Shown: positions 9,716 through 19,293 of the stretch, piece by piece | Position numbering within the stretch: position 1 is the first letter of the stretch | Layout of the letters: every line of letters begins with the position of its first letter | Origin: Deltaproteobacteria bacterium | Lineage (GTDB): Bacteria; Desulfobacterota; GWC2-55-46; JADFVP01 | Assembly (NCBI GenBank): GCA_029262515.1 | Contig: JAJCZH010000005.1 | Span: forward strand, 31,793 to 95,792 | Reading direction: 5' to 3' | Length of the DNA stretch: 64,000 nt | The notes under the pieces: model-generated | What the model was told of the DNA's origin: nothing | Database searches by the model: none | Seen by the model: only the letters and a program-made list of their open reading frames with translations | Position numbers and translations under genes: made by a program

Positions 9716-10897
9716 ATGTATTCAGCTATAGTGATAGGGCTCGGCCCGGCCGGCTCAACTGCGGCGCATACACTTGCTAACGCCGGTTTAAAAGTAATAG
9801 CCTTCGAGAAGGAGACCTTCCCGAGGTATAAGTCGTGCGGCGGCTGCATCTCCACAAAGGTGGAGGGACTTTTTGATTTCGATATATCGGGTGTCGTGGA
9901 AAAGACGATCAAGGGTGGCCAGTTTACCTATAAGTCGGCGCGCCCAATGGATATCATTTCCGAGCGCACGGTCGGTTACAATGTTATGCGCGACAGGTTC
10001 GACCATCTTTTAGTAGAAGAGGCCGCCAGAGCCGGGGCCGAGATCGTAGAAGGGTGCAAGGTCAAGGCGGTAGCAGACAGGGGTACCCATGTTGAGGTGA
10101 CGGTGGATTCCGGTGAAACCTATTCGGCAAGTTTTGTTATCGGCGCCGACGGCGCCTCCGGTTTTACCGGCAGGGAGGTCTTCGGGCTCAACCCCAAAGA
10201 GTCGGCGGTCTCTATAACCGCCGAGGTGGAGTATGACGCTTCCGCTATAGTGGAGAATGTCGAGGAGAAGCTCTTTATCGATTTCGGAACGGTGCCATGG
10301 GGCTATGGCTGGGTCTTTCCGAAGGACAGGTACCTCTCCGTGGGAATGGCTGGGGAGATAAGGCATATGGGTTCGACCATCAAGCGGCACTTCGAAGAGT
10401 TTGTTACCTCGCACCCGCTTCTGAAGAGTTTTGAGATCACGGAGCGCGTCGGCTGGACGGTCCCGATCTTCTACGACGAGAAGAAGGAACTCTTTAAGGG
10501 AAGGGTGCTGCTTGCAGGCGATACCGGCCACCTGGTCGATCCCTTTTTAGGCGAGGGCATCTACTACGCGGTGCTTACGGGCAGGGCTGCGGCAAGGTCG
10601 GTGGCGGAGTGCATTGGCGCGGGGCATTCGGATCTCTCCGGATACCAGCGCTGGCTCAATACGGAACTGCTTCCAGAGTTCGTCTCAGCAGAGAAGATCG
10701 CTAATCTTATCTACAGGTACCCGCGCCTCTGGTTCTCTATACTTGAGAAGGATACCGATATAATGATGAGGTATTATGACGTCATACGGGGCGAAGAGTC
10801 GGCGGAGGTCTTCTATAACTGGGTATTCTCTAAAGTGAAGTCCAAGCCGTGGAAGATGTTAAAGAGGTGGGTGGACTCGAGGCTTATGCCTGCCTGA
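9716..10897 (+). CDS. geranylgeranyl reductase family FAD-dependent oxidoreductase
   Basis: Motifs GLGPAGS, FPRYKSCGG, RDRFDHLL, IGADG, GYGWVFPK and LAGD...DPFLGEGIYYA. Confidence 0.92.
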   Translation: MYSAIVIGLGPAGSTAAHTLANAGLKVIAFEKETFPRYKSCGGCISTKVEGLFDFDISGVVEKTIKGGQFTYKSARPMDIISERTVGYNVMRDRFDHLLVEEAARAGAEIVEGCKVKAVADRGTHVEVTVDSGETYSASFVIGADGASGFTGREVFGLNPKESAVSITAEVEYDASAIVENVEEKLFIDFGTVPWGYGWVFPKDRYLSVGMAGEIRHMGSTIKRHFEEFVTSHPLLKSFEITERVGWTVPIFYDEKKELFKGRVLLAGDTGHLVDPFLGEGIYYAVLTGRAAARSVAECIGAGHSDLSGYQRWLNTELLPEFVSAEKIANLIYRYPRLWFSILEKDTDIMMRYYDVIRGEESAEVFYNWVFSKVKSKPWKMLKRWVDSRLMPA

Positions 10898-10979
10898 ATA
10901 TTTGTGACCTTTATCTGTTTTTTATAATTTTTTTGTCCGGTTGTCTCCAGTTATTTATAAACGGTGTTCGGGTACTGAT

Positions 10980-11861
10980 ATGTCCCTACTTTTTAACAGG
11001 CGTTCTTCAAGGGCTCTGCTCTACCCTCTTTTATGCCTATTTCTGCTATCTCCTCTTTTTTCTGCTACCCTGTATGCAGAGGTAGAGGGCGCGGAGGTGA
11101 TAAGCACGGGTTCTGAGAGGTCGTGGTTAGGGCTTACGACCAGAGAACTCGATGAGTATACCGCCCGTATGCTTGCGATAGATCCGGGCGAGTTCAAGGG
11201 GCTTGTGGTGATAGACGTTATCAGGGGCGGCCCGGCGGACGAGTCCGGTATCGCCAGGGGCGACGTAATACTGAGCATAGACGATAAAGAGATACCGGGT
11301 TATGAAGACTTTAAGGTCTGGCTCAATGAACTCGATATAGGTTCGACGCTGAAGCTGCTTGTCGACAAAGGCGGCACCGTAAAGGATATTCTTGTAACAC
11401 TCGGAAGCATGCCTGCATGGCCTGAAGGGGCTGACTCCTTTGCTGTTGGAATGAAGGGTAATGGCACGTACTCCGATGAACTCCACGCCTACTACTGGAT
11501 GGGTGAGGCGCAGCAGTACGACTATTTCTACTCGGTCGCCATGGGCGGACTCGACCTTACCCCGAAGCAGCGAAGAGAGGCTCGCAGTATCATGAGCTCT
11601 TATGAAAAGAAGATGCTCAGGTACTCGGCCGACATCAATGTAGCCGAGGTGGAACTGAGAGAGAGACTCGAAGACGAACCGGTCAGACTTAAAGAGGTTC
11701 GTGAAAAGATCTCAGACATCGCCCGGAAAAGAACGGAGCTCAGGTACCTGAGGGTAAAGACACATGTCAGTTTTAAAAAACTTTTAACCGGCAAACAGCA
11801 GAGGCTTGTCGACGAGTTCATCTCCGTAAGGGGTGGTCGCAGGTACTCCATAAGCGATTGA
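10980..11861 (+). CDS. exported PDZ-domain protein fused to a Spy/CpxP-like helical domain
   Basis: Signal peptide. PDZ motifs WLGL...GGPADESGIARGDVILSID. C-terminal LDLTPKQ ... KLLTGKQ (LTxxQ motifs). Confidence 0.7.
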   Translation: MSLLFNRRSSRALLYPLLCLFLLSPLFSATLYAEVEGAEVISTGSERSWLGLTTRELDEYTARMLAIDPGEFKGLVVIDVIRGGPADESGIARGDVILSIDDKEIPGYEDFKVWLNELDIGSTLKLLVDKGGTVKDILVTLGSMPAWPEGADSFAVGMKGNGTYSDELHAYYWMGEAQQYDYFYSVAMGGLDLTPKQRREARSIMSSYEKKMLRYSADINVAEVELRERLEDEPVRLKEVREKISDIARKRTELRYLRVKTHVSFKKLLTGKQQRLVDEFISVRGGRRYSISD

Positions 11862-11945
11862 GCCTGTCTCGATTTATTATAATTTCTAATGTTGTCCGCC
11901 CTTGTTGTACTTATACGGCTTAAGAGCGGAATAAGGAGTTGTTAT

Positions 11946-12356
11946 ATGGCAATAGAGTGGAGTCCAAAGATATCTACCGGAATTGACTGGCAGGACCGGC
12001 AGCACAAAGAGCTGTTCCACAGGATCAACAGCCTTCTGGACGCCATGACCGTAGGGCTCGGCAAGGAAGAGGTGCAGAGGCTCTTCTCCTTCCTCGACGA
12101 ATATATAGTTATCCATTTCGATGCCGAGGAGCAAGCGATGCATAAGTACGATTATCCAGATATGCTCTCGCACCTTGAGGAGCATACGCACTTTATTGAT
12201 GACGTTGCCACGCTGAAAGAGGAGGCGAGGGAAGATTCGGTAACAACAACGCATATTATAAAGGTGCAGAGCCGCGTTGTGGACTGGTTGATGAACCACA
12301 TATGTACCGTGGACAAGAAGCTCGGAAAGTTCATCAAGGATCCTCAAAAGGTCTAG
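11946..12356 (+). CDS. bacteriohemerythrin
   Basis: Motifs IEWS..ISTG..QDRQHKEL, HFDAEE, HLEEH and WLMNHICTVD. Confidence 0.93.
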   Translation: MAIEWSPKISTGIDWQDRQHKELFHRINSLLDAMTVGLGKEEVQRLFSFLDEYIVIHFDAEEQAMHKYDYPDMLSHLEEHTHFIDDVATLKEEAREDSVTTTHIIKVQSRVVDWLMNHICTVDKKLGKFIKDPQKV

Positions 12357-12498
12357 GTTCGCGTAGCTTTTTCCAATGCTTATTACCCGGTAGTATCTCT
12401 ACTGCTATATTTTTATACAGATTGTTTTTGGGGGGCTTGCAGACTGCAAGTCCCCTCTTTTTTTTGCCCGACAGACCGATGCTTCCGTCCTGAACGAA

Positions 12499-12540
12499 CA
12501 GAGACCCCGCAGGCCATACTTCTTGCCTGCGGGGTCTCTG
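12499..12540 (-). terminator. terminator of the PEP-CTERM operon
   Basis: 16-bp inverted repeat cagagaccccgcaggc / gcctgcggggtctctg. Confidence 0.75.
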
Positions 12541-12566
12541 TCTAGCTCGGTTGTACAGAAGTGTTG

Positions 12567-13163
12567 TTACACGTTAAACCTTCTCCTCACAAACCCGAGG
12601 CCCCCTAACCCGACGAGACCGCTTCCGAGAAGCAGAAGCACTCCGGGTTCCGGTATCGGGGCGACTCCGTCGTTGCCGTTGGTGTCGTTCAGTGCCAGAG
12701 AGTTTGTGTTGAGAGTGTCGGGCAGAAACCACGTGATATTCACATTGTAGTAGTACGGTGAAGTCCAGTCCGCCGGCTGTTGAGGCGTACCCGTGGTAAC
12801 CTCATTGGCGAATGTCATCTCTACGCTATATGTGTTATCAGCAGCATCTCCGGATAACGTATACTCCCTTGTGCCGTCGTTCAATACAAAGTCTATTATA
12901 TCACCGCCCTGGAAATTCGTAAGACTGGAACTTCCAAGCGAGTAGACTGTTGTACCTCCATTTAAATAGTAACCGTAGGTATAACCAGTGGTGTAAGCGA
13001 CGCTCATAATGTTTACGTCTACCCCACCATCGGCGTCGCCGTCGATAGCTATTATTGAATCTCCACCCAGAGTAAGCGCCCCGGCCATTGCCGGCATCAT
13101 TAACAATGCGACAAAGAGCAGACAGCTTACTGTCAGAATGGATATTTTCCTCAGTTCGTACAT
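12567..13163 (-). CDS. PEP-CTERM sorting-domain surface protein (paralog of 56557-57153)
   Basis: Signal peptide and C-terminal IPEPGVLLLLGSGLVGLGGLGFVRRR. Confidence 0.92.
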   Translation of the reverse strand: MYELRKISILTVSCLLFVALLMMPAMAGALTLGGDSIIAIDGDADGGVDVNIMSVAYTTGYTYGYYLNGGTTVYSLGSSSLTNFQGGDIIDFVLNDGTREYTLSGDAADNTYSVEMTFANEVTTGTPQQPADWTSPYYYNVNITWFLPDTLNTNSLALNDTNGNDGVAPIPEPGVLLLLGSGLVGLGGLGFVRRRFNV

Positions 13164-13252
13164 TCCTTTTTATCCTGTCTTACGGTAGTAAGTAAGCACT
13201 CTAGTGTTACATACCGGTTGAGGTTCTTACTTACGGTTTAACTCCAGATACG

Positions 13253-13819
13253 CTACTTCTTGATCTTTCTTCTTATGAACCCTAGCCCTGCAAGACCGCT
13301 TCCGAGAAGAAGCAGAGTGGAAGGTTCCGGCACGGCAGAGACTCCATCGAGTTCAACGCCTGGGGTGCCTGTGGGTGGTCCGCCCAGTGAACTGGTAAGA
13401 ACCATATTGTCCAGAAGTCTTACGTTTACCGTATTACGCGCCACGTTGTCGGTGAACCTGAAACGCATCAGCCAGTCATCGTTGTCGAGGCTGATCGGGT
13501 CTACCACGTGCCTTACCGCAGTGTCAAATATAGCATTATCAACGGTAAAGGTAAAGCTCGCATACGGGTCTGGTGTAGCCTGGTCGAAACTGAGACCGAT
13601 CCAGAAGTGCGTAGTCGAAGCACCAATGTTAAATGACCAGTCATTTGCGCCAAGGCTGCCAGGTGTTGCGCTTTCCGGGTGAATCTGTGTAGGTGAGCCC
13701 TGCGCCAAATTGTCGGCCTCGAGCTGGCCAAGGCTGTAGGTCAGCGCGTGTACATTCGGTACGAGCGCAAACAACATAAACAGAACTACAGCTGACACTC
13801 CAGTCTTTGTTTTTGCCAT
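13253..13819 (-). CDS. PEP-CTERM sorting-domain surface protein
   Basis: AGGAGGAG RBS, signal peptide ending VHA, and C-terminal VPEPSTLLLLGSGLAGLGFIRRKIKK. Confidence 0.92.
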   Translation of the reverse strand: MAKTKTGVSAVVLFMLFALVPNVHALTYSLGQLEADNLAQGSPTQIHPESATPGSLGANDWSFNIGASTTHFWIGLSFDQATPDPYASFTFTVDNAIFDTAVRHVVDPISLDNDDWLMRFRFTDNVARNTVNVRLLDNMVLTSSLGGPPTGTPGVELDGVSAVPEPSTLLLLGSGLAGLGFIRRKIKK

Positions 13820-13988
13820 ATCTCCTCCTTTTACTCCTCCCTGATTGTTAGTGTTGCACACGTTAGTACCGGGTGGATGGTTAAAACAACAGTACCGGTA
13901 CCGTAAAAAAACTTTAAATATGCTCTTGATCCTGCTTGGCAGGATCAAAGGGGCAAAATATTAAAATTTCTTAATGCACAGAGTATTA

Positions 13989-14005
13989 ATGCACAAAGCA
14001 TGCCA
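13989..14005 (-). promoter_or_regulatory. sigma-54 (-24/-12) promoter of the PEP-CTERM operon
   Basis: Minus strand reads TGGCATGCTTTGTGCAT (GG-N10-GC). Confidence 0.8.
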
Positions 14006-14183
14006 TTACTACGTATGCGCCTTAAAGGTCTGTTTTGTCTTGCAAAAACATACAACACCTTGAGAAGTTTTATTTACATATATGTGAGAAGTGTAAAAAA
14101 TATAACTACATGCAGTGCTATAAAGGATGCTATGCTTCACGAAAAGCTTTTAGATTCAGTGTGTTACGGGGAATATTGAGATG

Positions 14184-14200
14184 TGTAAAAAAACTCAACA
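14184..14200. promoter_or_regulatory. TGT-N11-ACA enhancer-like box
   Basis: TGTAAAAAAACTCAACA. A weaker copy, TGTAAAAAATATAACT, lies at about 14092. Confidence 0.55.
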
Positions 14201-14399
14201 CCACTTTATAGATAGGTCACTAAAAAATCAAAACCGTTTTAATGCCTATCTCTGTAGGTTGTGTGAGAAAAGAGGTTACTTGTTATCGCCGTTATATATT
14301 TAATTTGAGACTTCGAGTACTCTGTTTTTGAGTGTTATTATAGGTAGGCCCGATACCCTGGAGTTTGGTAATGATAGAAGAAAGGGAGGTACCACGTGA

Positions 14400-14990
14400 A
14401 TGAGAGCAGTTGAGAAGGCGCCCTGAATTGAGTTGAGAGCAGTAGAGGCTGCAAGCTTTGATACAGCGACTCTGAAAGGAAGAGCGTATATGCTCTCTTT
14501 TTTCCGTTTTGCGGCCTGTCCGTTCTGTAACCTGCGTATACACGAACTCGTCAGCCGATATTCGGAGCTTGGCAGCGGTTTTACCGTAGTAGCGGTCTTC
14601 GACTCTCCGCTGGACAACCTTATAAGCCGTACAAAAAGGCATAAGGCGCCATGCCCTATATTCGCCGATGAAAACAACAGGTATTACAATGAGTACGGTA
14701 TAGAGCATTCGTTTTACGGCGTACTCAAAGGCATGTTGCGACGCATGCCTGCGCTCGTTAAAGGAATACTAAAGGGCTATGTGCCTATAACAATTAAAGG
14801 CAGTTTGACCACCATGCCGGCAGATTTTTTTATAAATTGGAACGGTACAATAGAGATAGCGCACTACGGTATTGACGATGGAGACCATCTGTTGTTTGAA
14901 GAGGTAAAGGCCTTCTCTTTAAAGTCGCAGTCAGAAGAGCTGGGCCGGCATCAAAGTCCGGGCACGAGGGTGCTGAGAGTGTTTAGCTGA
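14400..14990 (+). CDS. AhpC/TSA (peroxiredoxin-like) redoxin with a damaged N-terminus; possible pseudogene
   Basis: Motifs SFFRFAACPFCNLR and MPADFFI..G.IEIAHYG. In-frame TGA at 14424 (MRAVEKAP*IEL). Confidence 0.75.
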
Positions 14991-15088
14991 GGTACGTCAG
15001 CTCATGAATGCTTAGGTGACGCATTTGGTCTTTTTTTTATCTCTAAAAAAGTAGAACCTGATAATCCGTTTTATGTGAGGCAGGGTGA

Positions 15089-15117
15089 TTGACACCCGGC
15101 CTATTCAGAAGTAAGAT
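15089..15117 (+). promoter_or_regulatory. sigma-70 promoter of the cytochrome b561-yceI operon
   Basis: TTGACA-N17-TAAGAT. Confidence 0.65.
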
Positions 15118-15240
15118 TTAATATATACTCTTAGTAATAGCCTGTAGTGATCTACCTAGGCAGAGGCGATATTGTGAGGTTTTGATTTTTCTTTATCATC
15201 GGTAGTCCAATTACAGTGGTTGTCCAATTAGAGTTACCAA

Positions 15241-15810
15241 ATGGCGTTTGGCCTTAGAAATAGTAGACAAGAGTACGGCCTGGTCGCTATTGCGCTGCAC
15301 TGGGTTGTCGCTCTTATGGTTTTCGGGCTCTTTGGACTCGGGTTCTACATGACCGGGCTTGAGTATACGGATAGCTGGTACCGTAGAGCGCCGTGGCTCC
15401 ACAAGAGTTTCGGACTTCTGACCTTCGCTCTTGTCTCTTTTCGTCTTGTCTGGAGGCTTACGGGCGAGAAGCCTGTAATGGTGCCGATGCCTGGCTGGGA
15501 GCGGGTAGCTGCGTTGCTCGCCCACAGGGTATTATACCTGCTGCTCTTCTTGGTGCCAGTAAGCGGTTATCTTATCTCAACCGCCGACGGCAGGGGCATC
15601 GATTTTTTTAACTGGTTCGAGGTGCCGGCGCTCCTGTCCGGTTATGATCGTCAGGAGGATATGGCCGGTGCAGTCCATCTTTTTCTTGCTCTGGCTATTA
15701 TCGGCATGACCGGGCTTCATACTGCGGCTGCCCTGAAACATCACTTTATTGACAAGGACTCGACCCTGCTAAAGATATTCGGAGCAGGGAGAGGAGAGTC
15801 TGAAAATTAA
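15241..15810 (+). CDS. cytochrome b561 (YceJ-like)
   Basis: Four heme-ligand His contexts (LHW, HKSFG, AHRVLY, LHTAAALKHHF) and 4 transmembrane helices. Confidence 0.92.
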   Translation: MAFGLRNSRQEYGLVAIALHWVVALMVFGLFGLGFYMTGLEYTDSWYRRAPWLHKSFGLLTFALVSFRLVWRLTGEKPVMVPMPGWERVAALLAHRVLYLLLFLVPVSGYLISTADGRGIDFFNWFEVPALLSGYDRQEDMAGAVHLFLALAIIGMTGLHTAAALKHHFIDKDSTLLKIFGAGRGESEN

Positions 15811-15855
15811 TTTGGAAAGCATCTCAATCATTTTTCTATTTCTAAAGGAGGCACG

Positions 15856-16440
15856 ATGAAAAAGTTTCTGATACTTGTACTGCTGCTTACCGCTTTTGTC
15901 TCTGTGATGCCGAGTGGAGTTCGGGCCGAGCAGTATACGATAGATACAAAGAAGGCCCACGCCTTTATTCAGTTCAAGATTTCTCACCTCGGTTACTCCT
16001 GGCTGCTCGGGCGCTTCAACGACTTTGAGGGCACCTTCAGTTTTAATGAGGCGAGACCCGAGGCTTCGAAGGTGAAGGTCTCTGTAGACGTTGCCAGCGT
16101 CGATACCAACCATGCCGAGCGTGACAAGCATTTGAGGAGTAAGGACTTCTTCGAGGTTAAGAAGTACCCGGAGGCGACCTTCATATCCAGATCCTTTAAG
16201 GTCACGGGCAAGGGGGCGGCTGTAATGAAGGGGGATTTTACACTGCACGGAGTAACTAAAGAGATTGAGATAGAGGTGAAAGAGGTCGGCGCGGGCAAGG
16301 ACCCGTGGGGCGGATTCCGTCGCGGTTTCGAGGGCACCACTACCCTTGCGCTTAAAGATTATAATATTACCAAGAACCTCGGGCCTGCCTCGGCTACGGT
16401 TGATCTGTACCTCTCTATAGAGGGAATAAGGAATAAGTAA
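15856..16440 (+). CDS. yceI: YceI family periplasmic polyisoprenoid-binding protein
   Basis: Motifs HAFIQFKISHLGYS..GRF, RDKHLRSKDFF, TLHGVTK and DPWGG.R.GF. Confidence 0.93.
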   Translation: MKKFLILVLLLTAFVSVMPSGVRAEQYTIDTKKAHAFIQFKISHLGYSWLLGRFNDFEGTFSFNEARPEASKVKVSVDVASVDTNHAERDKHLRSKDFFEVKKYPEATFISRSFKVTGKGAAVMKGDFTLHGVTKEIEIEVKEVGAGKDPWGGFRRGFEGTTTLALKDYNITKNLGPASATVDLYLSIEGIRNK

Positions 16441-16570
16441 CTGACAGGGCAGGGTTGAGCCGGGCGGTATTAACCGTATAGGCTTCGGTTTACGGGCTGA
16501 GCGTTTTGCGACTAAATCCTTGCGGGCTTGTTGTGCCGTGCAGAGTTCGGGTTCAGATAAGGAGGCAGTT

Positions 16571-16948
16571 ATGAAGAGACATCTAAATTTACCGGCTGTA
16601 CTCTTTGCGCTTATCATTGTGATTGGTTACGGTTTTGCGGGTACGGCCTCAGCCGTAGACAAATCGAGCGTTAAGGCCGCAATGACCGAGTATATAGAGG
16701 CCAAGTCAATAGGCGGCTTTTATGGAATAGCCGGGGTGGTTGCTACGTTCGATTACATCCACACCGGAGTAGCCGAGAAGGACGGGCTCTACGTATCGTG
16801 CGCCGATTTCAAGGCCGACAAGAATACATACGATATCGACTACTACGTTAAAGAAGAGGGGGGCAAGTACGTGGTAGTCAAGGAGGTCTTCCATAAAAAG
16901 GACGGCAAGAAGGTGAACCGGGTGCTCTGGTCCGAGAAAGAGAAGTAG
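16571..16948 (+). CDS. hypothetical exported protein
   Basis: AAGGAGG RBS, signal peptide ending ASA, and motif YVSCADFK...YDIDYYV. Confidence 0.7.
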   Translation: MKRHLNLPAVLFALIIVIGYGFAGTASAVDKSSVKAAMTEYIEAKSIGGFYGIAGVVATFDYIHTGVAEKDGLYVSCADFKADKNTYDIDYYVKEEGGKYVVVKEVFHKKDGKKVNRVLWSEKEK

Positions 16949-16971
16949 GGTATCTGCACAAACAGGAGGTT

Positions 16972-17172
16972 ATGATGAATAGAAACGTCGGTACCGTTGA
17001 CAAGGCGGTACGTTTAATACTCGCTTTGATACTCTTCAGCCTCTACTTTATCCTCGCAGGAAATATCCGTTTTATTGCCGTTATTGGGTTTGTTCCTCTG
17101 CTTACGGCCCTTATCTCATGGTGCCCGATCTACCGTCTTATTGGCATTAAGTCCTGCAAGAGTTGCGATTGA
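16972..17172 (+). CDS. DUF2892/YgaP-like small membrane protein
   Basis: NVGTVDKAVRL ... WCPIYRLIGIKSC. Confidence 0.88.
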   Translation: MMNRNVGTVDKAVRLILALILFSLYFILAGNIRFIAVIGFVPLLTALISWCPIYRLIGIKSCKSCD

Positions 17173-17464
17173 AACACGGCTGGCTGCGTATAACCTGTGA
17201 TATCGGACCGCAGCAGGCTTTTGCTAAAGCATGATTAATCTCGCACTCCTTGTTAATACCTGCTATAATCTATACTTTAAAACTGGCCGGAATGGCAGTT
17301 TTGACAAGTTAATAAAGATAGAAGGCAGAGGTTGATGGCGGTCTTTGCACTCTTATATTGGTGACGGAGCCTCAAATGGTGTAGTTTATCCTGTTTGGGG
17401 TTTTTTTCCCGGTCGTCTCAAAATATTGTCACTATCTATTCTGCTTGAAAGGTACAAAGGCGGT

Positions 17465-18838
17465 ATGAAGAACTGTATTGGTCAAACAAAGACCGTTGTT
17501 TTAATCATGCTCTTGACGATCTCGTTAACTGCCTGCGGTTCCGGTGGTGGCACTGCCGGCAGAGCTGGAAGCAACTCACCCGGCAGTCCCGCAACCGCCG
17601 CTTTTCAGCAAGCGGTAGCCACATTCGATGCAGGAGATTATACAACTGCAATAGCCGAGTTCAACTCCGTACTGAACAGTTATCCCGGAGACGCCTTATC
17701 CGATAATGCGCAGCTCTATATAGGCATGTCGTATCACATGATGGAAGATTACCCGAATGCCCGCATAGAGTTGCAGAAGGTTATAGACTATTACCCCGAT
17801 GGCAGCAAAGCGGACAATGCCCGGTTCTGGATAGGAGTGACGTACTACGATAACAAAGAGTACGCTGCTGCCCTTACGGAGTTTAACAGAGTTCTGAGCG
17901 ACTACCTCTTTGCAAGCAAAGCCTCGGATGCACAGCTTTACATAGGTAGAACATACCTGCAACTCGGTGATTATACAAGGGCGCGAACAGAGCTGCAGGT
18001 AGTTCTTACGGACTATGCACTTTCAAATGATGTGGATTCCGCACAGTTTTATATCGGCCAGAGTTATCATTCAGAGGCGAACAGCGCCGCAGTGCCGGAT
18101 ACCGCACTTATGCAGACGGCGCGTATCGCTTATCAGTCGGTTGTAGACAACTATCCTGCAAGCTCAATGATCGACAATGCTCTCTTTGCAATAGGTGAAA
18201 CTTATTATGATGAAGGCAACTACAGTGCGGCTCAGGCCTCTTTTAATGTCGTATTGGCATTTTATCCGCTCTCCGGCAGTGCCGACTCCGCCCAGTACTA
18301 CATCGGCAAGACCTACCAGCGTCAGGCGAACAGTACCGCAGTGCCGGATGCCGCGCTCATGCAGGTGGCCCGCGACGCATACCAGCTGACGATAGATACC
18401 TATCAGACAAGCACCTTGGCGGATAACGCCGCTCACAGGATCGGCCTTACGTACTACGAAGAGGGCAACTATACTGCGGCCCATCCAGCCTTCAGCGCTG
18501 TTGTGGCCACGTACCCGTTGTCCAACAGGGCCGACTCGGCCCAGTACTACACCGGCAAGACCTACCATAAACAGGCGAACAGCACAGCAGTGCCGGACGC
18601 CGCGCTCATGCAGCTGGCCCGCGACGCATATCAGCTTACGATAGATACCTATCAGACAAGCACCTTGGCTGACAATGCTATGTACCGGATAGCCGAGACC
18701 TTCCATGATGAAGGCGATTACGCCACCGAGCTTGCGGCCATGACAGCTATGGTTGCCGCATATCCGTTAAGCACATGGGCTCCTGTTGCCCAGATTCATA
18801 TAGACGACCTCAATGGCTTGAGGATAGACCACCAATAG
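17465..18838 (+). CDS. TPR-repeat lipoprotein (BamD/YbgF-like repeats)
   Basis: Lipobox LTAC and repeated A..F..V...YP....DNA.Y.IG..Y units. Confidence 0.85.
   Translation: MKNCIGQTKTVVLIMLLTISLTACGSGGGTAGRAGSNSPGSPATAAFQQAVATFDAGDYTTAIAEFNSVLNSYPGDALSDNAQLYIGMSYHMMEDYPNARIELQKVIDYYPDGSKADNARFWIGVTYYDNKEYAAALTEFNRVLSDYLFASKASDAQLYIGRTYLQLGDYTRARTELQVVLTDYALSNDVDSAQFYIGQSYHSEANSAAVPDTALMQTARIAYQSVVDNYPASSMIDNALFAIGETYYDEGNYSAAQASFNVVLAFYPLSGSADSAQYYIGKTYQRQANSTAVPDAALMQVARDAYQLTIDTYQTSTLADNAAHRIGLTYYEEGNYTAAHPAFSAVVATYPLSNRADSAQYYTGKTYHKQANSTAVPDAALMQLARDAYQLTIDTYQTSTLADNAMYRIAETFHDEGDYATELAAMTAMVAAYPLSTWAPVAQIHIDDLNGLRIDHQ
18032..18730 (+). repeat. intragenic 249-bp (83-aa) tandem repeat, about 2.8 copies
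   Basis: Units start at 18032, 18281 and 18530 (xDSAQ(F/Y)Y..G). Copies 2 and 3 are near-identical over AVPDAALMQ.ARDAYQLTIDTYQTSTLADNA. Confidence 0.85.
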
Positions 18839-19180
18839 TAACCGGGGCTGGCGGGTTGTGTGTTGTACTTCTGACAGGTTGTTTTTTGTGTTCCATGTCA
18901 CCGCATGATGTCTACTCTGACAGCTACTACTCTAAAAGTTTTTTCCTCTTCTACATGTGCTTTGCTCCTGTTGTTCGCTTACCTGCTTGTTGGTACATAG
19001 AACCTGTAGAGTTGTGATTGAAGCGTTGATGCGGGAGAGATATGGTTTAGGGGCTTGCACTTTGCAAGCCCCTGTTTTTTTTAGAGTAATTTTCAGGGCA
19101 GGACCTTTCGTGACTGAACTTAAACGTGAGCTCGAACTTAAATAAAGAGTGCTTGCCTTACTCATTGGTGCAATTTTTAG

Positions 19181-19207
19181 TAAAAAAAAATACTTTTCTG
19201 CCGATAA
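19181..19207 (+). promoter_or_regulatory. sigma-28 (FliA) promoter
   Basis: TAAA-N15-GCCGATAA, an exact consensus match. Confidence 0.8.
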
Positions 19208-19293
19208 ACTATGTATATCAGAAGTCCATGGGTCGTTATGCTTTGAATACAGGACACGTTTATAATTGTGCGGAGAGGTAAGAGAGCAGATTG

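Noticed and set aside
12567-13163. PEP-CTERM paralogs as a DGR template/variable pair
   Set aside because: Both copies are full genes, differences are spread throughout and not obviously adenine-specific, and there is no reverse transcriptase in the window.
14424-14426. In-frame TGA in the redoxin as selenocysteine
   Set aside because: It falls at a non-Cys position (KAP*IEL), the CxxC is already intact, and no clear SECIS hairpin follows. A nonsense mutation or error is more likely.
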